From: Dehalococcoidia bacterium
GTDB taxonomy: Bacteria > Chloroflexota > Dehalococcoidia > Bin125
Assembly: GCA_965247775.1 (NCBI GenBank)
Contig: OZ252031.1
Location: 708,072-772,071 of the forward strand
Reading direction: 5' to 3'
Length of the DNA stretch: 64,000 bases
Positions 31,106-42,441 of the stretch are shown one piece after another. Below the pieces are notes generated by a model. It ran no database searches. It was not told the DNA's origin and saw nothing but the letters and a program-made list of their open reading frames with translations. Position 1 is the stretch's first letter, and each line of letters starts with the position of its first letter. The translations under genes and the position numbers were made by a program.

Positions 31106-31827
31106 TGGGTCGGAACGCCGTAATGGGAGCCGTCGTGGCTTTGGCGGCCGTCCTGGGCGTCGGGCTGGTCGGCCTGGGGGGGGGTCGGGGCAGGCGCTGG
31201 CAGCGGAGCCGGGCACGCTCACCGTCACCGGGTCCGCCTCCACCTCCGTGGAGCCCGATGGCGCTTCGCTGGATCTCAACGTCTCCAGAGTCGAGGCGAC
31301 GGCATCCCTGGCCCAGAGCCGCGCCAACAGCACGATGGTCCGTGTCGTCAGCGCCCTCATGGACCAGGGACTCACCACGGACAACCTCCGCACCGTCAGC
31401 ATTTCCCTGTTCGAGGAGTTTGACTTCACGGAGAGCGGCCAGGAGCGCATCGGCTTCCGCTTCAGCAACACCATCCGGGTCAGCGTGGACTCCGTCGAAG
31501 CCACAGCGGGCGTGATTGACGCCGCCGTGTCCGCCGGCTGCGATAGCGTCAGTCTGGGGCAACGTCCGTTTCCTGGTCAGCAACCGGGCGGAGGTGGAAA
31601 CCGCCGTGCGCCTGGCCGCGATCGACGACGCGATCGAGAAGGCGACGGCGATGGCGGAGCGCGCCGGTGTGCAGCTGGGCAACGTCATCGCGATCGAGGA
31701 GATCGGTTTCTCCTCGCCGCGGGCCGTGGGCGGAATCGCGTTCGAGGCGGATGCCGCGGCGACCCCGATCTTCGGGGGCACGGAGGAGATCAGCGCTTCT
31801 GTGCGGATCGTCTTCGCGATCTCCTGA
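31106..31827 (+). pseudogene. SIMPL-domain (DUF541) secreted protein, frameshifted at a G9 tract and near 31555
   Basis: Signal peptide MGRNAVMGAVVALAAVLGVGLVGLGGG, then a G9 run 31176..31184, then SIMPL blocks (LDLNVSRVEATASLAQSRANSTMVRVVSALMDQG... / GNVRFLVSNRAEVETAVRLAAIDDAIEKATAMAERAGVQLGNV...) in other frames. Confidence 0.6.
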
Positions 31828-31966
31828 CGTCCGCCCTGGCGCTGAAGATCGGGCGGGGCGCTACGGCGCCCCGCCCGACTGTTTCGGCCCCTCCTGGATC
31901 CGCTCTGATAGCCTGAGCGCCCGCTGCCGTGTTGCGGGTCCCCGCGGGGCAGAAGGAGGCGGCTTC

Positions 31967-33418
31967 GTGGTCACGCAGGCGCAGCAGGTCCCGGAGTTGA
32001 TTGGCGGCGAGTACCGGCAGCCCGCCGCGGCTCAGCGGGAGGACGTCCCGAATCCCGCCGACGGCGAGACCATCGCCGTGCTGGCGCACTCCAGCTCCCA
32101 GGAGATCAACGACGCCGTCGCCGCAGCCAAGCTGGCCTTGCCGGATTGGGCGGGGACCCCGTCGCCGGACCGTGCCCAGATCATGTTCCGCTACAAGGCG
32201 CTGCTGGAAGAGCACTTCGAAGCGCTCTCGCAGACCGTCACCCAGGAGAACGGTAAGACCCTGGATGAGGCGCGCGGCGAGGTCCGTCGCGGCATCGAGG
32301 TGGTGGAGTTCGCCTGCGGCGCGCCCACCCTCCTGCAAGGCGGCATCCTGCCCCAGATCGCCCGCGGCATCGACGAAGACCTCACCCGCCATCCCCTGGG
32401 CGTCGTGGCGGGAATCACGCCGTTCAACTTCCCCGCCATGATCCCCCTCTGGATGATCCCGATCGCCCTTGTCTGCGGCAACACTTTCGTGCTCAAGCCC
32501 TCGCCGCGTACGCCCCTCTCCGCCCTGCGGCTGGCCGGGCTGCTGGGAGAGGCGGGGCTCCCGGATGGGGTGTTGAACGTGGTGCACGGGGGCAAGGAGT
32601 CGGTCGATACCTTGCTCCAGCACCCGGATGTCGCCGCCGTTTCCTTCGTCGGCTCTGCCGGCGTGGCGCGCGACATCTACGCGGACGCGGCGGCCAACGG
32701 CAAGAGGGTCCAGGCCCTGGGCGGCGCCAAGAACCACCTCATCGTGATGGACGACGCCAACCTCGATGCGGCCGTGCCAAATATGATCGGTTCCGCCTTC
32801 GGCTGCGCCGGGCAGCGCTGCCTGGCAGGCAGCGTCGCGGTGGGTGTCGGCGGCGTCGCTGACGACTTGGTGAAGCGCTTCAGCGATCAGGCCGAGGCCC
32901 TCGCCATGGGGCCCGGCAATGACCCCGCCACCGAGTTGGGCCCAGTGATCCGCGATCAGCGTCGGCGTGAACTGCTGGGATACATCGACGAGGCCACCGG
33001 GGCGGGGGCGAAGCTCGTGCTGGATGGCCGGGGCGCGGGGCCCGACATGGGCTATTTCTTGGGCGCCACCATCTTCGACGAGGTCACGCCCGACATGCGC
33101 CTTTGGCAAGAAGAGCTGTTCGGCCCCGTCATCGGCGTGGCCCGCGTGCGCGACATCGACGACGCGGTACGTCTGGTCAACCAGAGCAGCTACGGCAACA
33201 CCGCCGTGATCTACACGAACTCCGGCAGAAATGCCCGCGAGTTCCGACAGCGCGCCGACGCGGGCATGATCGGCGTGAACGTGGGTGTGCCGGCGCCCAT
33301 GGCCTTCTTCCCCTTCGGTGGCTGGAAGCAATCGTTCTTCGGGGACCTCCACGCCACCGGTATGGACGCCGTGATCTTCTACACGGCGACCAAGGTGACG
33401 GTCACCCGCTGGCCCTAA
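31967..33418 (+). CDS. mmsA: Methylmalonate-semialdehyde dehydrogenase (CoA-acylating), ALDH family
   Basis: 483 aa from a GTG start. ALDH catalytic Cys context GQRC and Glu region, with high similarity to MmsA (FNFPAMIPLWMIPIALVCGNTFVLKPS). Confidence 0.85.
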   Translation: MVTQAQQVPELIGGEYRQPAAAQREDVPNPADGETIAVLAHSSSQEINDAVAAAKLALPDWAGTPSPDRAQIMFRYKALLEEHFEALSQTVTQENGKTLDEARGEVRRGIEVVEFACGAPTLLQGGILPQIARGIDEDLTRHPLGVVAGITPFNFPAMIPLWMIPIALVCGNTFVLKPSPRTPLSALRLAGLLGEAGLPDGVLNVVHGGKESVDTLLQHPDVAAVSFVGSAGVARDIYADAAANGKRVQALGGAKNHLIVMDDANLDAAVPNMIGSAFGCAGQRCLAGSVAVGVGGVADDLVKRFSDQAEALAMGPGNDPATELGPVIRDQRRRELLGYIDEATGAGAKLVLDGRGAGPDMGYFLGATIFDEVTPDMRLWQEELFGPVIGVARVRDIDDAVRLVNQSSYGNTAVIYTNSGRNAREFRQRADAGMIGVNVGVPAPMAFFPFGGWKQSFFGDLHATGMDAVIFYTATKVTVTRWP

Positions 33419-33493
33419 GCCGCCCGCACCATCCCGCCGGGATCGGGCGCCGTACCCCCTGCACGATGCAGGCCCAGCGGGCGGCGGAGGACG

Positions 33494-34320
33494 ATGGCGG
33501 AGACGGTGTCCGGAAGTGTCGGGTCGGCCCTGGGGGCGGCGTCGTCGCTCGCGGTCCCTGGGCGCCGGGATACCGTGTCCGTGCTCGTCCTCTCCACCCT
33601 GCTGGCCATGAGCGCCTGGTTTTCGACCGGGGCCGTGGGGCGGCGCTTATGGCCGAGCGCGGCTATTCGGACGCCGATCTCACATGGATGGCCGTGGGCG
33701 TGCAGGCCGGCTTCGTGGCCGGCCCGCTCTCGCTCGCGATCCTGAATTTGCCAGATCTCTTCCGTCCCCAGCGGGTGTACCTCCTGGGGGCCGTGCTCGC
33801 CTCCGCCGCCGCCTTCAGCCTGCTGCCGGACCAGAGCGCCGGAGTCGCGATCGGCGCCCGCGTCGTGCTGGGGGCCGCACTGGCCGCCGTCTACCCGGTG
33901 GGGATGAAGATGCTCGCCGGCTGGTACCGCGACGGCCGAGGACTGGTGCTGGGCATCATGATTGGGCGCCGTGGCCGTGTTCATCGGCTTCCTACCGCAG
34001 GGCGACAAGGAACGCATCGTGCCATTGATGGTGATCTGGGGAATCGCCGTCGTCGCCGACTCCGCGCAGTCCTCCACTGCGATGTCCGAACTCGCCGACC
34101 CCCGCTACCTCGGCTCGGCCTTGAGCATGCAGACGGCACTCGGCTTCGCCCTGACCATCATCTCCATCCGCCTGCTGCCGATCGTGCAGGATGCGGCCGG
34201 CTGGGGCGTGGCCCTCGCCATGCTGGCCGCGGGGCCGGCCCTGGGCACGCTGGCGATGATCTGGCTGCGATCGCGCTGCCGGAGGCCCGGCGCATCGCCG
34301 GAGGCGCGCGCTAGCGTGCT

Positions 34321-34324
<4 letters not shown>
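33494..34324 (+). pseudogene. MFS transporter, truncated and frameshifted (spread over 3 frames)
   Basis: TM-rich fragments in three frames (…LVLSTLLAMSAWF…, …AVGVQAGFVAGPLSLAILNL…VYPVGMKMLAGWYRDGRG…, …FIGFLPQ…ALGFALTIISIRLLP…). Too short for a 12-TM transporter. Confidence 0.5.
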
Positions 34325-35997
<1,673 letters not shown>

Positions 35998-36185
35998 GCC
36001 CTGCGCCTCCGGGTCCGGGCGCCGGGGGGACGCCCTTGTGCGCAAGTACAAGTATACGTGCGGGCGCTGCCCCGCTCGGCTCTGGGGCCGAACCTGGCTC
36101 TGCGCTAGGCTCAGCCACGCCGGACGCTGCCCCGAGACGGGGCGGGAGAGTCGCTTGGGGCCGGCGCGACAGCGGAGGGGACGCC

Positions 36186-37193
36186 GTGCTGGACAAGCGA
36201 TGGGCCCTCTCGCTGCCCCTGCCGGCGGTTCCACTCCGGGATCACCCCGACTTCATGGCGGAAGCGGCCGACTGCGGCTACCGCGACGTCTGGTCCGCGG
36301 AAGTGATCGGCTTGGATGGCTTCACCCCGCTCGCGGTGACGGCAATGGCGGCCCCCCGTATGCGCCTTGGCATCGCCATCGCGAGCGTCTTCACCCGCGG
36401 TCCGGGCACCCTCGCCACTCACGCGGCTGCCATGGAGGAGCTGGCGCCCGGCCGCTTCTGTCTTGGGGTAGGCCTCGGCTCCCCGGCCACCGTCGAACGC
36501 TGGAACGGGGTGCCCTATCGCCACCCGATGACCCGCTTGCGCGAGTACTTGACCGTGCTCCGCGGCGCACTGGGCGGCGAGCGCGTCAGCTTCCAGGGGC
36601 GAACGCTCAGCGTGGAGGGGCTCCGACTCGAGCGCCCGCCCGAGCGGCGCGTCCCGATCTACGTGGCGGCCTTGCGCGAGAAGATGCTGTACCTGGCCGG
36701 GGAAATGGGCGACGGCGTCATCACCAACTGGCTCGGCGCCGACGACGTACCGCAGATCGTCGCCGCCGCGCGCGCGGGGGCGGCGGCGGCCGGCAAGGAT
36801 CCCGAGCAAGTCGAGGTCGTCTGTCGCATCCCGGTCATCGTCGATCCCCCGGGGGAGGCGACGGAGAGGGAGCTGCGGCGCTACGTCTGCGCGTACCTCA
36901 ACGTCCCCGCCTACGCTCGCTTCCAATCGTGGCTGGGCGCGGGGGAGCAACTGGCGCCGATGTGGGACGCCTGGGCTGCGGGCGACCGCAAGGCCGCCGT
37001 CGCCGCTGTGCCGCCCCAGCGCATGAGCGAACTCTTCGTCACCGGCAGCGCCGAGGAGCGCCGGGAGCACATTCAGCGCTTCCTGGACAACGGCGTCGAT
37101 GTCGCCGTCTGCAACTTCACGACCACTGAGCCGGACGCCGGCAAGGCGGCCGACCTATTGCGCCGTGAGATCCGCGCGATGGCTCCGCGGTAG
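36186..37193 (+). CDS. LLM-class F420-dependent oxidoreductase (luciferase-like)
   Basis: TIM-barrel LLM pattern ([31 protein letters not shown]). Start uncertain; GTG chosen at ~36186. Confidence 0.75.
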   Translation: MLDKRWALSLPLPAVPLRDHPDFMAEAADCGYRDVWSAEVIGLDGFTPLAVTAMAAPRMRLGIAIASVFTRGPGTLATHAAAMEELAPGRFCLGVGLGSPATVERWNGVPYRHPMTRLREYLTVLRGALGGERVSFQGRTLSVEGLRLERPPERRVPIYVAALREKMLYLAGEMGDGVITNWLGADDVPQIVAAARAGAAAAGKDPEQVEVVCRIPVIVDPPGEATERELRRYVCAYLNVPAYARFQSWLGAGEQLAPMWDAWAAGDRKAAVAAVPPQRMSELFVTGSAEERREHIQRFLDNGVDVAVCNFTTTEPDAGKAADLLRREIRAMAPR

Positions 37194-37217
37194 ATCGCCG
37201 CCCGTCTCGGACATGAA

Positions 37218-37244
37218 GAAGGGCCGGTCTCACACCGGCCCTTC
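37218..37244 (+). terminator. Strong hairpin (11-bp stem GAAGGGCCGGT / ACCGGCCCTTC, 5-nt loop) 25 nt after the LLM stop codon
   Basis: Perfect inverted repeat seen in sequence. Factor-independent terminator candidate without a U-tract. Confidence 0.45.
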
Positions 37245-37901
37245 GGAGTTCCCGTCCCTGGCGCCACCACTCCACGGTGTTGCGCGGTTGTCCGCGCGGC
37301 CATGCGTCGCCTGTGAGGCGCGTCCGGTCTATGGCCCGTGGCTGGCGGCCAAGGCGCCAGCGGACGCCCGATTCTGCACGATGAGCACGCCGTAGAGAAC
37401 GTGCAGCTTGCTGCGCATCCGCCATCCCTCTCCACGCCGGCCGGCGTCCGGTTCGCCTAGCTCTCTCATTCCCATCCTCGCGTGCGAGGCTCTGCGAGGC
37501 CATCCAGGCGCGACCTGATGGCGCCCGTTGATTGCTGCCGAGTGCAGCAGAGCGGGCGCGCACCAATCCGATCGCATCCACGCGCCCGCAGACTCTGTGC
37601 TGATGCGGAAAACGCACGCATGCGAATGCGCGCACTTTCACAACGTGCTCTGCTGACCGCAGGGGGTGAGTCACGGGTCTGGCGGGCGCGAGCCACCCCC
37701 GCAGCTATGCCCTGGCGGTTGAACGTGATCTCCCGTTGCATGCCGTCCTCACGTCCTCGGGTTGGCGGATTTCCGCCGAGTGTGCTCCACTCGCTGCCGC
37801 CTCTTGCACCAGGCCATGATCCGAGGCGGCGTCGAGAGAGTCTCCTCCGTCGCCCCCACGAAGGGGTGCGCCGCATATGCTCAACGTGCGGAGGGGGAGC
37901 G

Positions 37902-38831
37902 ATGGCGCCCATCATTGAGGCTCGGGCTCTGCGCAAGCGGTACGGCGACTGCGAGGCCGTTGCGAGCATCGACTTCACCGTGGCGGAGGGGGAGTTCTTC
38001 GGCCTGCTCGGCCCCAACGGGGCCGGCAAGACCTCCACCATCGGCATGATCAGCTGCGTGCTGCCGCTGAGCGAGGGCCAGCTCACGGTGGCTGGTCTCG
38101 ACGTCCGCCGGCATGACCGGGCCATCAAGGCCCAACTCGGCGTTGTGCCCCAGGCCAACAACCTGGACCCCGACCTCAGCGTGCGCCGCAACCTGGAGGC
38201 CTACGCTCGCTTCTTCCGCCTGCCCGCCGGGGAAGCGCGCGCCCGCGCCGATTCGGCGCTGGCCCTGATGCAGTTGAGCGATCGGGCCCAGGACCCCGTC
38301 GGCGCCCTCTCCGGTGGCCTGGCGAGGCGCCTTGTGCTGGCCCGCGCCATGATCAATAACCCGCGCATTCTGGTCCTGGACGAGCCCACCACCGGCCTCG
38401 ACCCGCAAGCCCGCCGCCTCGTTTGGAGGAAGCTGCGGCAACTGCGGGAGCGCGGCATCACGGTGCTCCTCAGCACCCACTACATGGACGAGGCGGAACA
38501 ACTCTGCGACCGGATCGTGATCATGGATCGCGGCGTCATCCTCGAGTCCGGTCGCCCCCGGGACCTGATCGAGCGGCACATCGGGGCCGCAGTGCTGCAG
38601 CTGCGTCTCCTCGACGGCGAGGCCGACCGCCTGCGCGAGGCGCTGGCCCCTCAATTGGCCAACGGCGCTCGCCTCGAAGAGGCTGGCGATCTGATCTACG
38701 CCTACGGCCTCGACGCGGCCGCCACCGATCGCGCGACCGCGATCCTCGGCGATCCATACCGGGTCACGTCGCGGCACGCGAACCTGGAGGATGTCTTCCT
38801 GCGCCTCACCGGCCACGGCCTGCAGGAGTAG
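37902..38831 (+). CDS. ABC transporter ATP-binding protein (ABC-2 / DrrA-like exporter)
   Basis: Walker A GPNGAGKTS, signature LSGGLARR, Walker B ILVLDEPT. Confidence 0.85.
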   Translation: MAPIIEARALRKRYGDCEAVASIDFTVAEGEFFGLLGPNGAGKTSTIGMISCVLPLSEGQLTVAGLDVRRHDRAIKAQLGVVPQANNLDPDLSVRRNLEAYARFFRLPAGEARARADSALALMQLSDRAQDPVGALSGGLARRLVLARAMINNPRILVLDEPTTGLDPQARRLVWRKLRQLRERGITVLLSTHYMDEAEQLCDRIVIMDRGVILESGRPRDLIERHIGAAVLQLRLLDGEADRLREALAPQLANGARLEEAGDLIYAYGLDAAATDRATAILGDPYRVTSRHANLEDVFLRLTGHGLQE

Positions 38832-38835
38832 CGCG

Positions 38836-39684
38836 ATGAGTTCCACCTCGCTGCCGCAGGAGTCGCTCCGTCCCGGCGCCGGCTGGGGCGTCCACGTCTG
38901 GCTGGGGGTGGCCCTTCCCTCACGCCCGGCGTTGGCTGTCCTGCGGCGTCATCTGGACGTCTTCGTCCAGCTCTGGCGCATTAACGTCGTGCCGGCGCTG
39001 ATCGAGCCGACCCTGACCATCCTCATCATGGGCCTGGCGCTAGGGACGTTCGTTGAACTCGATCGCGACGTCGACTACATCGTGTTCGTGGCCCCGGGCA
39101 TCCTCGCGACGTTCGCCATGTTCCGCAGCTTGGGAGAGTCACTCTGGGGCGCGTTCAACCGGCTCACCCAGCAAGGCGCCTACGAGGCCATGCTGGCGAC
39201 GCCTGCGCGCGCCGAGGACATTGCCGCCGGCGAGATCCTCTGGGGCGCGACACAAACCGCCCTGGGCGCCCTGATCACGCTGATCGTGATGGCCCTACTC
39301 ACCCCGGCCTTCGACCTCGTCCAGTCGCCGCTGGCGATTCTGGCGCTGCCCGTGGCCTTCCTCATGGGACTGCTGTTCTCGTCCATCGCGCTGGCCTTCG
39401 TGGGTGTCACGCACTCCATCCACGAACTGATGTACTTCTTCACGATCGTGATCACGCCCATGTTCTGGTTCAGCGGCACGTTCTTCCCCCTGGATGAGCT
39501 GCCTCGTTGGGCGGAAACGCTGGGCTGGTTCATCCCCATGACCCACGCCGTGGACCTCTTCCGCGGCCTGATCCTAGGAAACCTCGGCTGGGGGCACGCC
39601 TGGGACCTGCTGTGGCTCGCCGTGGTGACGGTGCCGTTCTGTTGGCTGGCGATTTGGTCCCTGCGTCGGCGCCTGATTCGCTGA
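38836..39684 (+). CDS. ABC-2 type transporter permease
   Basis: 6-TM ABC-2 permease pattern immediately downstream of the ATPase (4-nt gap). Confidence 0.8.
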   Translation: MSSTSLPQESLRPGAGWGVHVWLGVALPSRPALAVLRRHLDVFVQLWRINVVPALIEPTLTILIMGLALGTFVELDRDVDYIVFVAPGILATFAMFRSLGESLWGAFNRLTQQGAYEAMLATPARAEDIAAGEILWGATQTALGALITLIVMALLTPAFDLVQSPLAILALPVAFLMGLLFSSIALAFVGVTHSIHELMYFFTIVITPMFWFSGTFFPLDELPRWAETLGWFIPMTHAVDLFRGLILGNLGWGHAWDLLWLAVVTVPFCWLAIWSLRRRLIR

Positions 39685-39695
39685 GCGCGCCCCCG

Positions 39696-41207
39696 CTAGG
39701 TGGCGTCGATCACCGGCAGGGCTGGCGCCTCCCGGGACCAGGGGCTGCCCGGCGTGGCCAGGATCTCGCGCAGCTCGGCTTCGTAGAAGAACTCGCGCTC
39801 CCCAAAGGCTGGCTCCAGATCGTCCAGCCAGCGCGCCTCCGGGTCGTACTTGGCGAAAAAGGGGCGCCCCACCCAGTCCGGGTTGCGCCCTTGCAGGAAC
39901 CGGAGCACGAAGACGCGCTCGCGGCCGGCGTTGCTCACACCCAGGATCTGCACCTTGCCCGGCGTCGCCGACATGCTCGGCCCCCGCACGGTGCGGGAAA
40001 CGCCGCTCACCCGCTGGTAGGCCTGGCGGAAGGTCTCCCAGGCGCGCTCCAGCGTCAACTCGAAGTAGTGGCGTGCTCCCGTGTCCCGCTCCACGAACAA
40101 GTAGTAGGGAACGCAGCCCAGCTGCGCCTGTTGCTGCCACATGCGGGCCAGCGCGGCTGGGTCATCGTTAATGTGCCGGGCCAGCGGCGTTTGGGTGCGG
40201 ATCTGCGCCCCGGTCCCCCGGATTCGGGCGATCGCCTCCTGCGCCACCGCAGTCTCCAACTCGCGTGGGTGGTTGTAGTGGGCCATCAGCGCTAACTGCC
40301 GGCCGGACGCCACCACCTGGCGGAACAGGCGCAGGAGGTCTGGCGCGTCCTCGTCGCTGACGAACCGATGCGGCCAGTAGGCCGACGACTTGGAGCCGAT
40401 CCGGATGGTGCGCAAATTCGGCGCCGCTTCGTCCTCCAGCAGCGCCTCCAGATAGCCGCGCAGGACTTTGGTCCGCATCACCAGCGGATCCCCGCCCGTG
40501 AAGAGGACGTCCGTGACCTCGGGATGGGCGGTGAGGTAACGGCACAGCAGGTCCCCCTCGCGCATCGCGAACTTCTGGCCCTCCATCCCTACGAACTGGG
40601 GCCAGCGGAAGCAGAAGGTGCAGTAGGCGTGGCAGGTCTGTCCCTGGCTGGGAAAGAAGAGGACGGTCTCGCGGTACTTGTGCTGCATCCCGGGCAGCGG
40701 CTGACCCTCCAGGGTGGGCACGTTGTGGTCCAGCTGCCCTGCTGGGTGAGGGTTCAACGTCAGCCGGATCTCGTCCGCAGCGCCCCGCAGTTCCCGCGCG
40801 TCTGCCCCGGCGCGAAGCAACCGCTCGATGCGGGCGAAGGCGGCGGGCTCCAGCATGTCCCGGTGCGGGAAGGTCAGGCGGTAGATCGGGTCGTCCGGAA
40901 CGCGCGACCAGTCGATCAGCTCGTCCACCACGTAGCGGTTGGACTTGAAGGGCAGCACCTGCGCCACGACGCGGATGTCCCAGCGCTGCTGCTCACTGAG
41001 GCAACGGAGTTGCGGCGTCTGCTCGAAGTTATGGAGATTGATGACTTCGTAGGCGGGACGGCCTTGGGGCGCGAAACTTGCCCGACGAGAACCGCCGTTC
41101 GCTGATGATTGACGGGGTGGCTGCGCGGACTGGATGGTCACGCGTCTCTCCTCTCTCGACGCCGGGGCGATCCCCCACCGTCGATCGTCCGGGTTTGACA
41201 CGGGCAC
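39696..41207 (-). CDS. KamA-family radical SAM aminomutase-like protein (lysine 2,3-aminomutase family)
   Basis: CHAYCTFCFRWPQ (CxxxCxxC) cluster motif and KamA-family length/architecture. The N-terminal ~60 aa are low-complexity and the start may be at an internal GTG (~41140). Confidence 0.75.
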   Translation of the reverse strand: MPVSNPDDRRWGIAPASREERRVTIQSAQPPRQSSANGGSRRASFAPQGRPAYEVINLHNFEQTPQLRCLSEQQRWDIRVVAQVLPFKSNRYVVDELIDWSRVPDDPIYRLTFPHRDMLEPAAFARIERLLRAGADARELRGAADEIRLTLNPHPAGQLDHNVPTLEGQPLPGMQHKYRETVLFFPSQGQTCHAYCTFCFRWPQFVGMEGQKFAMREGDLLCRYLTAHPEVTDVLFTGGDPLVMRTKVLRGYLEALLEDEAAPNLRTIRIGSKSSAYWPHRFVSDEDAPDLLRLFRQVVASGRQLALMAHYNHPRELETAVAQEAIARIRGTGAQIRTQTPLARHINDDPAALARMWQQQAQLGCVPYYLFVERDTGARHYFELTLERAWETFRQAYQRVSGVSRTVRGPSMSATPGKVQILGVSNAGRERVFVLRFLQGRNPDWVGRPFFAKYDPEARWLDDLEPAFGEREFFYEAELREILATPGSPWSREAPALPVIDAT

Positions 41208-41532
41208 CGTCGTCGTGTGAATGGACAGCCCCTGAGTCGCCTACGAGGTTAGCTGACGGGTTCGGCGCTCGGGTCGCCTACCAGTCTCCAGACAGGATAC
41301 ACCCCAAGGGGTGGTTCCCCCGTCCTCACCTGGGTGAGGTTAGGCGGCAGAAGACTAGCGTATCAGTCCCGGGCACGACCCTGCCGCTGCGGGGTATGGG
41401 ACTGAATCGTGTCAAGCCAATATCATACGGAGGGAACTTCACATGGAGATTGAGAACGCGCGAAGTCTCTGTTGAGAGCACCAATTCAACGATACTCTCA
41501 CTTGTACTAGCGAATGCGACTGGTACGTGCAC
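41208..41532 (-). promoter_or_regulatory. Low-GC (~45-50%) 5' leader/promoter region of the KamA-family gene; candidate structured cis-regulatory RNA
   Basis: A sharp compositional dip relative to the ~70% GC flanks. Contains TTGACA-like hexamers and several short hairpins (CCTCACC-TG-GGTGAGG, CCCCAAGGGG). No known riboswitch recognised. Confidence 0.3.
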
Positions 41533-42417
41533 TTATGCCCGATCGGCTAGCCGCTCCCGCTGCACGACGCCCAGTGCGGGCCGGCAAGCGATGCGTAACG
41601 GGACCGCCGTGGTACCGAAGCCTCGGCTGATCACGATCACCGCGTCGGCGCGGCGCACGACCCCGTCCGCTTCCCGCCGCCCGACCGAGTGCGCGTGCCG
41701 CACCGGCGCGCCGTAGCCCGGCAGCCGAGTCTGGCCCCCATGCCTGTGACCGGAGAACGCCAACGGAAAATCGGCCACCAACGGCTCTCGCACCCTGTCC
41801 GGCGAGTGGCTGAGCAGGATGCGGAAGTCATCCTCGCTGGGCTCCGAGGGTCCAAGGGCTAGCCGCAGGTCGTCCGGGCTGTGGTAGGCATCGTCAATGC
41901 CGACGAACGGCATCTGCTCCCCACGGATCGTCGTGCGCAGGCCGCGTTGACCAGGATGTGGACCCCGGCGTCATCCAACCCATCGATCAGCGGCGCCGGG
42001 TCGACCCAATGCCGGTCGCACTGGCCCGTCAGATACGGGCCAGACGGAGCACGTCCGCCCGGCGCGTCGCGGCAGTGCGGTCGTGTCCCCCGAGCACCGC
42101 ATACATGCGTCCGGTCTCGAGAGCGCGGAAGGCGCGGAGAACAGGAGCCCGGCCGCGCTGGGAGTCGGCGTAGTCTCCCGTCGCCACGACCAGGTCGTAA
42201 CGGCAGCGCCGTGCCGCCGCCAGGAAGCGTGGGACTCGCCACTGCTCGGGAAGTGCGTGTCCGACACGTGCAGGATGCGGAAGCCGTCAAGCGCCGGCGG
42301 GAGATTGGGAATCCCGACGACCGTCTCCGTCCGTTCTACCCACTTCGACTCCCGCCAGGCGTAGAGCGTCGTCAGCAAGCCGGCCAGGCCCCCGGCCAGG
42401 AGCCCGCGCCTCAGCAT
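41533..42417 (-). pseudogene. Metallophosphoesterase (YkuE/YaeI-type, calcineurin-like), frameshifted in the middle
   Basis: N-terminal GFRILHVSDTHF block, a middle block (GVHILVNAA) in another frame, and C-terminal SGHRHGGQ motif in a third. Confidence 0.6.
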
Positions 42418-42441
42418 CAGCGTTCCCTCCCAGCCTCCTGT

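Noticed and set aside
41380-41530. Possible tRNA, tmRNA or SRP RNA in the low-GC island.
   Set aside because: No cloverleaf-compatible acceptor/T-arm pairing was found. There is no tmRNA tag-reading frame and no SRP domain-IV motif. It is left as an unclassified regulatory candidate only.
41326-41532. 68-aa ORF inside the low-GC island upstream of the KamA-family gene.
   Set aside because: It lies in an AT-rich intergenic leader with a codon composition unlike local genes. It is more plausibly promoter or structured-RNA sequence.
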